A model generated the notes under the pieces. The model saw only the letters and a list, made by a program, of their open reading frames with translations, searched no databases and was not told where the DNA came from. Positions 20,102 through 31,453 of a stretch of 53,170 nt of DNA are shown here, in pieces. The position numbers and the translations under genes were made by a program. Position 1 is the stretch's first letter; the number at the start of each line of letters is the position of its first letter. The DNA comes from a virus (taxonomy: Duplodnaviria; Caudoviricetes): the IMG/VR virus record IMGVR_UViG_3300018429_000006, positions 1 through 53,170 of that record; one strand, written 5' to 3'.

Positions 20102-21216
20102 TGTGGACGGCACATCTCTTTCAAGTCAGCACAGGTCTGATTGGTCCTAAGCTACAGTGGGAGTCGATGGACTGGTCTATGGAGCTAAACGGTACTGAGA
20201 GTATCAACATGAGGCTACGCAAGAGCGAGCTTCCCAAAGTAGATCTCAAGTACTGGCTCTCCCCTTGGTGGGCGGGTGTCGTTGTGTTTTGGGGCAACAA
20301 ACCCTTTGTAGCTGGGCCGATCATTACCCGTCCATCAGAATCATTTGATTTTGTGACCATTGGCTGTGGCGGAATACGCTCGGTTCTGGCAAAAAGACTG
20401 GTTTCTTATGAACCTGAGGGTGAGGACTTTGAGATAAAGTTCCCGACGTTGAGAATAAAACTCGAAGGGCTGTCTCTCGGCACTATCGCCAAACGTGTTG
20501 TAGACTACAGTCAGAGGAAGATGGGCGGGCAACTGCCGATCACTTACGCCCTCGCGGATATGGTGGGAAACCACGAGCGTACCTATAACGCCTTCAACGT
20601 TTCGAACATCAGTGGAGATGATGTCCTAACAAAACTGTCCAACGTGCTCGGTGGACCTGATATAATGTTTAGACCAAGACTTGTGCGTGACAACCTGCTC
20701 ACATTTGATATGTGGACAGGAACGGACGGACAGCCAAGGATCGCCCAGAAGTACTCTCCGGTCTGGGACACTACCCCAGCCAAAGGGATGGTGACAAATA
20801 TGAACGTCATTGTGACCGGAACATATCAGACCGACAGGGTATACGCCATTGGGGCAGGTCAGGACGAAGGAACAGTAATCAGAATTGCTACTGACCCTGC
20901 CCATACCAATAAAGGGTACCCGTTGCTGGAAACAACCATCAATGAGGGTAGCAGTGAAAACCCAACTGTGGTGAGGGACCACGCTCGTGCCGAGCTTTCA
21001 GCGAACAATGGTCCGCTTCTAGAGGTACAGATGACTGTTCGCGGTGACACGGATACCCCGTTCGGGACTTTCTGGCCCGGTGACTTGGTGGAAGTGGTAA
21101 CAAAGGGTTGGCTCTCCCTCCCTGATGGTAGTACTCGAATGAGGCTACTTAGCTTGACCGGTGATCACACCAACAGCGTGAAAGTAAGTCTTCAGCTAGA
21201 AGACAAATTCACATAA
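20101..21216 (+). CDS. minor tail protein (baseplate hub/Tal-like)
   Basis: 371 aa, TAATG overlap. AGPII, LSNVLGGPD, GAGQDEG and FWPGDLV motifs typical of actinophage hub proteins. Confidence 0.7.
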   Translation: MWTAHLFQVSTGLIGPKLQWESMDWSMELNGTESINMRLRKSELPKVDLKYWLSPWWAGVVVFWGNKPFVAGPIITRPSESFDFVTIGCGGIRSVLAKRLVSYEPEGEDFEIKFPTLRIKLEGLSLGTIAKRVVDYSQRKMGGQLPITYALADMVGNHERTYNAFNVSNISGDDVLTKLSNVLGGPDIMFRPRLVRDNLLTFDMWTGTDGQPRIAQKYSPVWDTTPAKGMVTNMNVIVTGTYQTDRVYAIGAGQDEGTVIRIATDPAHTNKGYPLLETTINEGSSENPTVVRDHARAELSANNGPLLEVQMTVRGDTDTPFGTFWPGDLVEVVTKGWLSLPDGSTRMRLLSLTGDHTNSVKVSLQLEDKFT

Positions 21217-21240
21217 CGACATAACGATGAGGCAGTAAAG

Positions 21241-24200
21241 ATGGTAGCACACAGACGTATTGGGCCAGACGGAGGATTCATCCGTGAGTTCACCGATGTC
21301 AGGAAAAGGGTTCAGCACCTTGAAACCCGCCCTTCGGGTAACATTGTCATCCGGGAGACGATGGAGACGACTGACCCTGTGACCGGCGTCAAAACTGTCT
21401 TCGGGGCGCTCCCTGATGGGACGTTTGGTATCCAGCCCTTCATTTTTGACATCACGCCTCCTCCAGTTGCTACGGCACCTACTGTATCGGTGATTCCCGG
21501 TATCTTCAGTGTCTCATGGGATGGACTCTTTGTCAACAACGGAGTACTCCCGCGTGACTTTGAATGTGTAAACATCATCGGGCACAAGATGAATGGTGCT
21601 GCCACTGTCTCAAGTGCACCCCTTGGAGCCATTACTCGCCCTCTCGACATCACCTACATTACTCAGGATGTCTGCCTTGTTGGTGAATACTGGCAGTTCT
21701 CCCTTGAGTCTGAGGACTACAACGGAAACAGGGCTGAATGGAGCGCCAGAAGCGCTACCGTTCGTATGGAGTCTGTTGTGTCCGACGCGGGCGTTACAGA
21801 GGCTCTTGAGGCCCTGCAAGAGGCCGCTGACGCTGCTGCACTTGCCGCGCAGGCCGCACGAGATGCTGCCGATGACGCACAGGATGATGCAGACGCTGTT
21901 GCCGCTAGCCTAACCTCAACAAATGCTGCGGTAGCCGCTGCTCAGCTAAAGGCTGATCAGGCATTCAATAACGCTGCCTCTGCCTCCACTGCGGCTGGGG
22001 AAGCGCAGACAACTGCATCAGGCAAAAACCGTAACTGGTACATTGACACTCCTCCTACAGGAATCGGCCATAAAGATGGCGATCAGTGGTTTGATACCAA
22101 TGACGGAAACCGTCTGTACCTCTGGAAGGGTGAACCAGATAACCAGTGGGTAAACTTCCAAGACGCGGCTATTTCTGCCGCCTCTCAGGCTGCTACAGGT
22201 GCGCAGGCTTCCGCCGATGGTAAGAGCACAAATTACTATGAGCCGATAGCGCCCACCAACGTCCCAGTCGGTAAGATCAAAAAGGGAGATACATGGTACG
22301 ACACTGCCAATGGGTACAGACTCTCCACATGGAGCGGGACCGCATGGCAGACCACTCAGGATATGGCCGCAGCGCTCCTTGAGACTGCCACCAAGTCTGT
22401 AGTCTACACTCAGAACACTACGCCTCCTGTGGCAGCACGTCTGCCTCAGACAATCTGGAATGATACAAGTCTAGGTCTTGACAAGATTGTTGTCAAGGTC
22501 TGGATCGGTTCGCCAACCAACGCATGGACTGCGCTAGCGGACAAGGCGGCTACTGAAGCACGTTCAACTGCTGATGCCAAGAGCGAGACCATCTATTCTG
22601 ATACTGCCCCAAGCGTTGCTCAGCGCCTCCCACAAAACCTTTGGATTGATACCACAGGTGGAATCAACATCAATAAGCGCTGGGATGGGAGTGGTTGGGT
22701 TGTAGTTGTTGACTCTCGTATACCGGCCACCGCCACGGCTGTAACTGCTGCTGACGGCAAGGCTCAGACTGCTCTTGACACTGCGCTGGCTAAAGGTACA
22801 ATATATACTCAGGCCTTCGCACCGCCTGTCGAAGCACGCCTTCCGCAGAACCTATGGGTAGACACGTCTCTAGGGCTGAATAACTCTGTCACCAAGTACT
22901 GGAACGGAGCTTGGACAGCAATAGCCGATAAGGTTGCAACTGACGCTGCCACGCTTGCCGGAACTAAATCCCAGATCATCTACGGGGCCACAGCGCCTAC
23001 CGGTGTAAACGCAAACGTACTTACACTATGGATCGACACAACTGGTGGGGCCAATACGCCCAAGAAATGGGTATCTGGCACGACTTGGGCTGCTATCACT
23101 GATAAGGTCGCCACGGACGCCGCTGCCCTCGCTGCCACCAAAGGTAAGGTTCTTATTCAGTCTGATACGCCTGCTGCTGCGGACCAGCTTATTCAGAACC
23201 TCTGGATTGACACCACAGCGGGTGTAAATATCCCGAAGCGCTGGAACACGTCTGGCAACTCTTGGGATATCGTAACTGACAAGACTGCCACCGATGCGGC
23301 TGCTGCTGCCTCTGCTGCACAGACAACTGCAAACACCGCCGTAACAAACGCTGCTACCGCTGATAGTAAGGCAGTAACAGCCCAGACCGCTGCGGGCACT
23401 GCCTCCTCTGCTGCCTCTGCTGCACAGACAACTGCAAACACCGCCGTAACAAACGCTGCTACCGCTGATAGTAAGGCCGCTCAGGCGCTTGCTGATGCCC
23501 TCGCTGCAAATAACCTTGCTGTATCTAAGGGTAAGGTACTTTACCAGACTAGCGCACCAACCGGTGTAGATGCAAACCTCCAGACTCTCTGGATCGACAC
23601 AACTTCAAACCTCAACACACCTAAACGATGGATATCCGGGACCACATGGAATGCCGTCACAGATAAGGTGGCTACTGACGCTGCCTCTCTTGCGGCTACC
23701 AAGGGTAAGATCATCTACAGCACCACCGCCCCTACAGGGCTGGACGCTAACCTCCTTACACTATGGATCGATACCACAGGAAACGCTAATACTCCAAAGA
23801 AATGGGTCTCCGGGACCACATGGCAGTCGCTGACTGACAAGGTTGCCTCCGACGCTGCGGCTCTTGCTGCAACAAAGGGTAAGATTCTTTTCCAGACTAC
23901 AGCACCGACAGGTGCAGATGCAAGCCTTCTCACGCTCTGGATTGACACTACAGGTGGTGCTAATACACCCAAAAAGTGGGTATCAGGTACAACATGGACC
24001 GCGATCACCGACAAGGTGGCTCTGGATGCCGCTCAGGCGGCTGCTGCTGCCGCTCTAGCGGCCTCGGGGGCACAAGGTACAGCAGATACTGCTGTCACCA
24101 ATGCGGCAACCGCACAGACGCTCGCACAGCAGGCTTTCAATAACGCCGCACTTGCTTCTACTGCTGCTGGGACTGCACAACTCGCTGCTGACGGCAAGAG

Positions 24201-27200
24201 TACCGTCTGGAATCAGGATAACGCCCCGGCCGGTACGGGACACCGTGCAGGAGATCTCTGGTTCGACACCAACGACGGCAACAAGCCGTACGTCTGGGTG
24301 ATCACCGGTACGCCTGCTTGGACTTCGGCACGTGACGCGACAATCGCTACTGCTCAGATAAAGGCTGATACAGCCTTCACTATAGCCAACGGCAAGACTA
24401 CCACATACTATCAGGACGCACAGCCCTCTGGCGGAACTTACGTCAAGGGTGATATGTGGTTTGATACCAATGATGGGAATAAACCATACGTCCACAATGG
24501 GACTATATTCGTTGTGGCGCAGGACGCTGCCATCTTTGAGGTACAGCCTGCCGTTACCACCGCGATCAGCAACGCTGCCAACGGTAAGAACAAGGTAGTC
24601 TACTCTACTCTTGACGCCTCCGGGACAGGCTATGTCGCTGGCGACACTTGGTTCAAGCGTGACGGTGCTGGTACAATCATTGCTCAGTGGGAATTCACCA
24701 CGTCATGGCAGTCCCGCACTATCAACGAGGCGGTCATCGGCAACCTCAGCGCCGGAAAGATCGTTACAGGTACACTCGATGCTGACCGTCTGGGAGCCAA
24801 TACTATCTCGGTTGAGAAGCTTTTGGTGGGTTCTTTCGATAACGTAATATCTGACCCGTCATTCCTTGCTGGGAACTTGGCTTGGCCTGCTATCTCGTCC
24901 TCAACTCTATTGCCGACGGGCGGTCTGAACGGCGCACCTGCACTACGTCTAACTGGTAACAGTGTAGTCGCTTCGCTATACAACAAGCCTCAGGCTCTCC
25001 CAGTTGACGGTGGCGCGTCTTTCAAGCTGTCCACTCGATTCAAAACATCTGCTGCACTGGCCGCTGGAAGTATCTGGGTATTTGCCCGTTGGAGGAACGC
25101 GGCAGGTACATACACGTACACCGATGTTGAGTCTGTGCTGTCGGTGACAGGTGTATGGACTGACCTCACCGGCCTAGTCACCGGGCCTGCTGACGCGGTA
25201 TCTGTCTCATTTGCTGTCAGTATTCGTGCAAACGTCACAGCCGGTCAGTACGTTGACTTCGATTTCGTCTCTGCAATCCGTGCCGCCAACGGGAAACTCA
25301 TCGTTGATGGTGCAATCACCGCAGGATCTGCTATCATCGGCAACGCTGCAATCGGCAATGCTCATATTGCAGACATACACGCTGATAAGATCACAGCGGG
25401 CACAGTTGCCGCTGCCCGTCTCGATGCAGAAACCATCAAGGCCAAGCTCATCGATGCCTCTTTGATCGATGCTGTAGACATCCTTGTCTCAGGGTCCATC
25501 ACGGCAGCCAACGGTATCATCGGATCTATCGATGCCTCAAAGATCTCCGTAGGAACACTAGCTGCTGCTCGAATCGGTGCCAAGTCTATCACAGTTGACA
25601 AGCTACTTGTCTCATCCTCTGATAGCCTAATAGTTGAGGGTGATTTCGGCGGATCTGGCGCTAGCTGGGAGCTTCCAACTAACTTCATTATCAACGCGAC
25701 CGCTGGGCGTAACTCGCTCCCGGCCATGGTTATCACCAACACTGCATCACTCCAGACATCCTACAACGCAGTCGGTGCGCCTACTAAGGTTGCCATCGAA
25801 ACCATGTCGGACGTTGCAAATGCATACCGTATCACCGGCTGGGTGAAGACATCTGTGTCTGCCCCTGCGAATAGTGTGCTGCTCAACGTCAGGTTCCGCC
25901 TGTCTACAGGATCATACGCGACACTACAGAGTGTTACGTACACTACAGGTACACCGGCTGTTGCTACAATCATCCCGGCTAACACTTGGGTTGAGATCAA
26001 TGGAATGGTTACAGCCCCGGCCAACACTATCTCGGTTGCTTTCTCTGTGTCAACTACGTCTGCACTGGCTACGGGTACAACCACGTTTGATATGATCTCT
26101 GCTACTCGTGCTTCCAGCGGCGAGCTAATCGTTGACGGAGCCATTGACGGTAAAACTATCACTGGTGCACTTATCCAGACGATTGTTACGGCTTCGCGCG
26201 GTATAAAGTTGACCAGCACCGAGCTTGCAGGCTATGATGCTTCTGGAGTCAAGAACTTCTCCCTTACATCTGCCGGTGCCCTTACGATCAAGGGTGACAT
26301 CACTTCTGGCTCTACCATCACAGGTGCCCGACTAACCGGTACCGGGATCGAAACTTCGGCCACTGCTCTTAGCGGTGTAAAGCTGTCATCCTCTGGAATC
26401 ACAGCATACAACAGCAGCAATGAACTCACCTTCCGTGTAGATGCTGCCACCGGTCTTGTTGAAGCCCCCGGCCTGAAGGCCAATACCATCAAGGGCGATA
26501 TGATTGACGCGGGAACTATCTCCGCGAGTAAGCTGATCATCGGTGCCGGTGACAACCTGATCCCTGATCCGGGCTATCAGGTCGCCAACATGACAGCAAT
26601 GCGTAACTCTGCCTCCACAATGGCCGTGTCCAAAAATGTCACAACTGGTAACCTTGATCTGGTCCTGCCGGGAACAGGTAACTATTACCTTCGCCCGACA
26701 GGCATTGCTCAAACTGCTGCTGCGTTCGCTGACTGGCTCCCGGTTAGCCCCGGAGAGTCATATCTCTTCTCGGCTACAATATCCACATCCGGCACAGGAG
26801 ATCTGCGCTTCACTGGTCGTACAAAGGACGGCTCTGCAACCAGCATTGCGTTCTCAACCCTGAGTGCGTATCCGACAATCGTATCGGGTGTCCGCACCTA
26901 TTACAAGGGAATCGTCCCGGCTGACTGCTACTGGATGTTGCCTGAGATCCGTCTCTCAGGGTGGACCGGAACCGCTACAATTGCACCTAACGCTATGAGC
27001 CTTCGCCAGATGGCTACAGGTGAGCTAATTGTTGACGGAGCCATTGACGGTAAGACTATCACAGGCGCTTTGGTCCAGACCGAAGCGACTGCCTCACGCG
27101 GAATCAAGCTTACCAGTGCTGAACTGGCTGGCTATGATGGTGCTGGAGTCAAGAACCTATCGCTCACGAGCGCTGGAGTTCTCACCCTCAAAGGTGCCAT

Positions 27201-30006
27201 CGAAACAGGCTCCACCATCACAGGTGCAACGATGACCGGTAGCACTGTGCAGACATCTGCAACTGCTCTCAGCGGTATCAAGATGGCTTCTACAGGAATC
27301 AAAGCTTACGATGCTGGCAACAACCTAACGTTCCACTTGGACGCCACCACAGGCCTTCTAGAGGTTCCGGGCATCAAGTCCAACGCCATCACTGGCGATT
27401 TGATCGCGGCCAACACTATTACTGCCGATAAGGTTATTATTTCTGGGTCAAACCTCCACACGGACCCCGAGTTCCGCGATACAGGTAGCTGGTTCACAGA
27501 TCCGGGTATTACGTTCTCGGCTACCGGTGGGCGTACTGGCGGTGCAATCATGACGATTGCTACCAACTCTGTGCAGACTGGTGCATATTACGCTACTAGC
27601 TCTCCTACTAAGCGTATGCCTGTTGTGTCCGGAGGGTTCTACCGAGTGTCTGTATGGGTCAAGGGCAGCGTTAACATACCTATTGGTGGGGCATCCATCT
27701 ACCTCAGGGCGTACAAACCTGACAATACTTGGTCACAGTCTACACCTACGAACATCAGCAACACGTCTATAATCACTTCCGGTGTTTGGACAGAGATCTC
27801 AGGAACGTTCGAAATACCCGCTGGGTATACACAGGCCACGGCTGGCCTCTACAAGCAGTCACTATACACGACTGGCACAACAGTATTCTCTGACCTGTTT
27901 GTTCAGCAGGCGTCTTCGGGAGTACTTATCGTGAACGGGGCCATCACCACCAACCACATGACCTCTGGCACAATTGATGCTGGTGTTCTAACCGCTGGAA
28001 GTATTACAGGTCTTCAGATCAAGGCAGGCACCATATCTGCCCAAAACATGTTGGTCACCAGCCAAGACAACCTTGTCGAGAATGGCGGATTTGAGTACGA
28101 CTTTACCCAGTGGTCCTCATACACGGCTGCGTTTACGGTTGATGCCACTGCTGGTAGGCTGGGAGGTAAGGCTCTCAAGGTTACCGGAATTACTGCCAGA
28201 AACTTTGGCCCGGTCAGTGATGCGTATACCGCTATCGAGAATGCCAACGACCAGTTCCGTCTCTCAGGGTGGATAAAGACTACGGCCACAACAGGGCATC
28301 GCGCAGAGCTTTGCCTATACTACTACAACGCTGGCGGAACCCTCCTATCTAACACCAACTATAACGTTGAACCTACCGGGAACGTGGACTCTACGGGGAC
28401 TGTTGCTAGTCCTCCCGGAATCCCGCTGGACAGCACATGGAGGTACTTCTCCAAAATGTTCCAGCCTCCCGCTACTGCTGCTAAGATGCGCGTTCGTCTC
28501 AACTCAACCATGACTTCATCCGGCAACACCATGTGGTTTGATGACATCTCACTTGTCCGTGCTGCTGGTGGAAGCCTCATTGTTGATGGCGGCATTTTGA
28601 CACAGCACATGACATCTGGTACAATTGATGCTGGTGTGCTGACCGCTGGGTCCATCACTGGTACTAAGATTGCCGCCAAGTCTATCGCTGTGGACAACCT
28701 AGTAGTGTCTTCGACTGACAACCTTATCGTGGAAAGCAACTTCGAACACCCAACGACTCCGGGTTCTTCGTGGACACGTGGTACCAACCAGATCATCCAG
28801 CCTACAGGTGGACGCTCCGGTGCAGCAGCCATGCGTCTTACTGGTACAACTTCTATCAACTACACCTACAACTTGGCTAATAAGGTGACTGTGGATGCTG
28901 ACAACAGATTCAGGGTCTCCATGTGGGTCAAGACCAACGTTGCATACGCAACAGATAAGATCCGCTTTGGCATCAAGCCTTGGTCGGGAACAACACTGAA
29001 TACTAACGTTGCACTATTCCGTAACTCGTCTGTAACCACCAGTCCCGCATATGTTCCGGGGACAAACACTTGGACACAGATCAGCGGTATCACGGACGCA
29101 CTCCCGGCAGGGACTACGGCTGTTGAGTTCTTCATCAACTGCTCATCCCCATCAACGTCTGCTTATGTGGACATCGACTCTGTTGCTGTGACTCGCGCTG
29201 CTGACGGAAACCTCGTGGTTGATGGAGCTATTGACGGTAAAACCATCACAGGTGCTCTCATTCAGACAACTGCTACGGCAGATCTTGGTGTGAAGCTTGA
29301 CGGACTCGGCTTGAGGGCATATGACCCTGCGGGGAACACTGTGTTCGATATGAGTTCGACAACAGGGAACGTTCTTGTTACAGGAAAGTTCCAGACCGGC
29401 GATGCCGCTGCTGGAATTATCATGGATAGCTCCATCTGGGAGGGTAAGCCGGGACTCCTATTCCTGACTGGGACATCGGAGGAACTCAAACCTGTCATCT
29501 TCGCGGCGGCCCCTACTAGTACGACCTTCGAAACAGGTGCGTTGGTACTTCTTGGGACAGAGATGGTGACCAACTCGACAGGTCGCTCGCAAATCAAAAT
29601 ATCCCCAGAAGGTGGCGGTACGCGTATCAGTAACGCCTTCGGTCCCTACAACGGGACGGCTGTTGAGGTAGGAAATGCGGGGCAGGTTTACGCGAATGCT
29701 GGAACTGAGTTGATCCTTAGGGGTGACACTATTGAACTACGTGGTAAGACTAGGGCAGGCGGGGCGTCTAATGATACAATAGTCTACGGACAGACAGCGA
29801 TGACCCAGTCTACGGGCGGAACGTACACGTGCACCTATTTTGCACCTGCTCCGACAGGGGATAGGAAGCCGTTCGTTACCGCCGATGGTGTCGCCCCAGC
29901 CCAATTTATCACCCAAGTCAGGTCTGCTGCGGGCTTCACTATCGTATACTCCAGCCCAGCAAACAACAACCTAAGCTTCAACTATATGGCAGTATGGAGA
30001 GACTAA
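21241..30006 (+). CDS. giant modular tail fibre / receptor-binding protein (2921 aa) with six CBM4/9-like domains
   Basis: Ala-rich coiled segments, 8 (L/I)W.DT and 5 GD.W(F/Y) repeats, and six beta-sandwich modules starting NVISDPSF, SLIVEGDF, NLIPDPGY, NLHTDPEF, NLVENGGF and NLIVESNF, separated by I(T/D)G..I.A helical repeats. Confidence 0.85.
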   Translation: MVAHRRIGPDGGFIREFTDVRKRVQHLETRPSGNIVIRETMETTDPVTGVKTVFGALPDGTFGIQPFIFDITPPPVATAPTVSVIPGIFSVSWDGLFVNNGVLPRDFECVNIIGHKMNGAATVSSAPLGAITRPLDITYITQDVCLVGEYWQFSLESEDYNGNRAEWSARSATVRMESVVSDAGVTEALEALQEAADAAALAAQAARDAADDAQDDADAVAASLTSTNAAVAAAQLKADQAFNNAASASTAAGEAQTTASGKNRNWYIDTPPTGIGHKDGDQWFDTNDGNRLYLWKGEPDNQWVNFQDAAISAASQAATGAQASADGKSTNYYEPIAPTNVPVGKIKKGDTWYDTANGYRLSTWSGTAWQTTQDMAAALLETATKSVVYTQNTTPPVAARLPQTIWNDTSLGLDKIVVKVWIGSPTNAWTALADKAATEARSTADAKSETIYSDTAPSVAQRLPQNLWIDTTGGININKRWDGSGWVVVVDSRIPATATAVTAADGKAQTALDTALAKGTIYTQAFAPPVEARLPQNLWVDTSLGLNNSVTKYWNGAWTAIADKVATDAATLAGTKSQIIYGATAPTGVNANVLTLWIDTTGGANTPKKWVSGTTWAAITDKVATDAAALAATKGKVLIQSDTPAAADQLIQNLWIDTTAGVNIPKRWNTSGNSWDIVTDKTATDAAAAASAAQTTANTAVTNAATADSKAVTAQTAAGTASSAASAAQTTANTAVTNAATADSKAAQALADALAANNLAVSKGKVLYQTSAPTGVDANLQTLWIDTTSNLNTPKRWISGTTWNAVTDKVATDAASLAATKGKIIYSTTAPTGLDANLLTLWIDTTGNANTPKKWVSGTTWQSLTDKVASDAAALAATKGKILFQTTAPTGADASLLTLWIDTTGGANTPKKWVSGTTWTAITDKVALDAAQAAAAAALAASGAQGTADTAVTNAATAQTLAQQAFNNAALASTAAGTAQLAADGKSTVWNQDNAPAGTGHRAGDLWFDTNDGNKPYVWVITGTPAWTSARDATIATAQIKADTAFTIANGKTTTYYQDAQPSGGTYVKGDMWFDTNDGNKPYVHNGTIFVVAQDAAIFEVQPAVTTAISNAANGKNKVVYSTLDASGTGYVAGDTWFKRDGAGTIIAQWEFTTSWQSRTINEAVIGNLSAGKIVTGTLDADRLGANTISVEKLLVGSFDNVISDPSFLAGNLAWPAISSSTLLPTGGLNGAPALRLTGNSVVASLYNKPQALPVDGGASFKLSTRFKTSAALAAGSIWVFARWRNAAGTYTYTDVESVLSVTGVWTDLTGLVTGPADAVSVSFAVSIRANVTAGQYVDFDFVSAIRAANGKLIVDGAITAGSAIIGNAAIGNAHIADIHADKITAGTVAAARLDAETIKAKLIDASLIDAVDILVSGSITAANGIIGSIDASKISVGTLAAARIGAKSITVDKLLVSSSDSLIVEGDFGGSGASWELPTNFIINATAGRNSLPAMVITNTASLQTSYNAVGAPTKVAIETMSDVANAYRITGWVKTSVSAPANSVLLNVRFRLSTGSYATLQSVTYTTGTPAVATIIPANTWVEINGMVTAPANTISVAFSVSTTSALATGTTTFDMISATRASSGELIVDGAIDGKTITGALIQTIVTASRGIKLTSTELAGYDASGVKNFSLTSAGALTIKGDITSGSTITGARLTGTGIETSATALSGVKLSSSGITAYNSSNELTFRVDAATGLVEAPGLKANTIKGDMIDAGTISASKLIIGAGDNLIPDPGYQVANMTAMRNSASTMAVSKNVTTGNLDLVLPGTGNYYLRPTGIAQTAAAFADWLPVSPGESYLFSATISTSGTGDLRFTGRTKDGSATSIAFSTLSAYPTIVSGVRTYYKGIVPADCYWMLPEIRLSGWTGTATIAPNAMSLRQMATGELIVDGAIDGKTITGALVQTEATASRGIKLTSAELAGYDGAGVKNLSLTSAGVLTLKGAIETGSTITGATMTGSTVQTSATALSGIKMASTGIKAYDAGNNLTFHLDATTGLLEVPGIKSNAITGDLIAANTITADKVIISGSNLHTDPEFRDTGSWFTDPGITFSATGGRTGGAIMTIATNSVQTGAYYATSSPTKRMPVVSGGFYRVSVWVKGSVNIPIGGASIYLRAYKPDNTWSQSTPTNISNTSIITSGVWTEISGTFEIPAGYTQATAGLYKQSLYTTGTTVFSDLFVQQASSGVLIVNGAITTNHMTSGTIDAGVLTAGSITGLQIKAGTISAQNMLVTSQDNLVENGGFEYDFTQWSSYTAAFTVDATAGRLGGKALKVTGITARNFGPVSDAYTAIENANDQFRLSGWIKTTATTGHRAELCLYYYNAGGTLLSNTNYNVEPTGNVDSTGTVASPPGIPLDSTWRYFSKMFQPPATAAKMRVRLNSTMTSSGNTMWFDDISLVRAAGGSLIVDGGILTQHMTSGTIDAGVLTAGSITGTKIAAKSIAVDNLVVSSTDNLIVESNFEHPTTPGSSWTRGTNQIIQPTGGRSGAAAMRLTGTTSINYTYNLANKVTVDADNRFRVSMWVKTNVAYATDKIRFGIKPWSGTTLNTNVALFRNSSVTTSPAYVPGTNTWTQISGITDALPAGTTAVEFFINCSSPSTSAYVDIDSVAVTRAADGNLVVDGAIDGKTITGALIQTTATADLGVKLDGLGLRAYDPAGNTVFDMSSTTGNVLVTGKFQTGDAAAGIIMDSSIWEGKPGLLFLTGTSEELKPVIFAAAPTSTTFETGALVLLGTEMVTNSTGRSQIKISPEGGGTRISNAFGPYNGTAVEVGNAGQVYANAGTELILRGDTIELRGKTRAGGASNDTIVYGQTAMTQSTGGTYTCTYFAPAPTGDRKPFVTADGVAPAQFITQVRSAAGFTIVYSSPANNNLSFNYMAVWRD
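23303..23477 (+). repeat. exact 70-nt direct repeat (23303-23372 and 23408-23477) within the tail fibre gene
   Basis: CTGCTGCCTCTGCTGCACAGACAACTGCAAACACCGCCGTAACAAACGCTGCTACCGCTGATAGTAAGGC occurs twice, 105 nt apart and in frame. Confidence 0.9.
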
Positions 30007-30570
30007 ATGACAGAATATACAGTACAAAAGATTGACGGAGTTGAGTACATCATCCTCCAACAAGGTACCGCGATCCATCAAATTGATGTGGGGGCCATAT
30101 CTTCGTGGGGCGTTCTGCTAGGTACCACAGATACTCGGGAGATCCTTGAGGCCATCCTCAAGGAGGGAAGATCGTCGGAAAATCTAATTGACTGGGAAGA
30201 ACTCTATAGCGCTCTTGGGAATAATCTGGATGAGATGTCTAAGGCGGGAGTCCCGGTGGAATTCTCCGAGATTCTGCTAGATCCGGAACTAGGTTCTCCG
30301 GTTCCCGGAAAGGATAAGGTGGATAGGTTGGAAAATGCCCGTCAGAAGGTGAGGGATGATGTCGCTGATGCCCCAGACGGAGCGATACTTCTTACTTCAA
30401 AAATGTGTGACGAGATTCGGGAAGAGATCCTTTCCCAGAAGCCTGAGAGGCTGGAACAAGCTCGTCTTGACTTCATTGATGAACTATCCCCTGAATACGA
30501 GATACGACCTGTGGCCCCAGTCCAAGATGAGTCTTCCGTCTTCCAAACCGGTGGCGTGGATGAGGTATAA
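30007..30570 (+). CDS. hypothetical protein (187 aa), possible tail fibre-associated protein
   Basis: Starts immediately after the fibre stop codon, GGAG RBS, acidic. Confidence 0.65.
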   Translation: MTEYTVQKIDGVEYIILQQGTAIHQIDVGAISSWGVLLGTTDTREILEAILKEGRSSENLIDWEELYSALGNNLDEMSKAGVPVEFSEILLDPELGSPVPGKDKVDRLENARQKVRDDVADAPDGAILLTSKMCDEIREEILSQKPERLEQARLDFIDELSPEYEIRPVAPVQDESSVFQTGGVDEV

Positions 30571-30602
30571 TAGATGGGTACATACGACGAAAGAAGATAG
30601 AC

Positions 30603-30842
30603 ATGTCAGCACTACCCACAATCGACCCGCTCAAGGTTGCCCAGCGCTCCATTCAGAAGCTGGAAGCAGGCCTCAAGGAATCCCAGAACAACGAAACCCA
30701 TCTAGAGATTCTGGCTGAGGCTCTTCGCGACGAGCGGGATGAGCTTGATACTAAGCTCACGGAGGCTCTCTCCAAGCTTGCAGGGCTTGAGACAACAGCG
30801 CTGGACCCCACACAGGTGGAGAATATTACTACTCTCCCGTAA
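30603..30842 (+). CDS. small coiled-coil protein (79 aa)
   Basis: Heptad pattern, TATAAT upstream (30566-30571), terminator downstream. Confidence 0.65.
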   Translation: MSALPTIDPLKVAQRSIQKLEAGLKESQNNETHLEILAEALRDERDELDTKLTEALSKLAGLETTALDPTQVENITTLP

Positions 30843-30858
30843 TACATCACCACCAATA

Positions 30859-30888
30859 GAGAGGCAGGTCTTCGGACCTGCCTTTCTG
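30859..30888 (+). terminator. intrinsic terminator ending the structural module
   Basis: GAGAGGCAGGTC-TTCG-GACCTGCCTTTC hairpin with a cUUCGg loop. Confidence 0.8.
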
Positions 30889-30976
30889 CATTGTCGTTTC
30901 TTTCATACGATATAATAGAAGGTAGACCCGTTACCAGATTAGCGTGGCTTTGACAAATTGATGAGAGAAGTATGAC

Positions 30977-31453
30977 ATGAAATATTACGTAAGAGACGGC
31001 GTAAGAACCCTAGAATTCAGTGGTGCCAAGCTTGCCGAAAGTTCCAGCAGAGAACCGGGAAAGCCCCGATGGGTAGAGTTTGAACTCTACAAAACTCCAA
31101 AGAACCAGTACGTCCTCGCAAGAATCGGTGTCAGTGTTTTCTACCACTCCGAAGATTGCCAAACAGTATCACGAAATAAGCTCTCCGCAGTAGACGGCGC
31201 AGAACTCTCTCCCGCATATGTTCCGTGCGGTTTCTGCTCGCCGGATCGTATGGACGTGGACGGTGTCTACCCTGAAACACCGCGTTACTCAGCCTACGTT
31301 TGCACAGATTCCGTTGGTGTGGTAGCATCGTTGATGAAGAAAGACAACAACAGCACCGAGTACCTGACCAATGTTGCACGTCGCCTCCTGACTGAGGCCT
31401 CCAGACTTGATCTGGATATCCGTGACGCCTTCTACACAGATCGCATCGAGTAG
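30977..31453 (+). CDS. hypothetical protein (158 aa), possible Zn-binding
   Basis: YHSEDC...PCGFC (H..C / CxxC). TATAAT upstream at 30911-30916. Confidence 0.7.
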   Translation: MKYYVRDGVRTLEFSGAKLAESSSREPGKPRWVEFELYKTPKNQYVLARIGVSVFYHSEDCQTVSRNKLSAVDGAELSPAYVPCGFCSPDRMDVDGVYPETPRYSAYVCTDSVGVVASLMKKDNNSTEYLTNVARRLLTEASRLDLDIRDAFYTDRIE

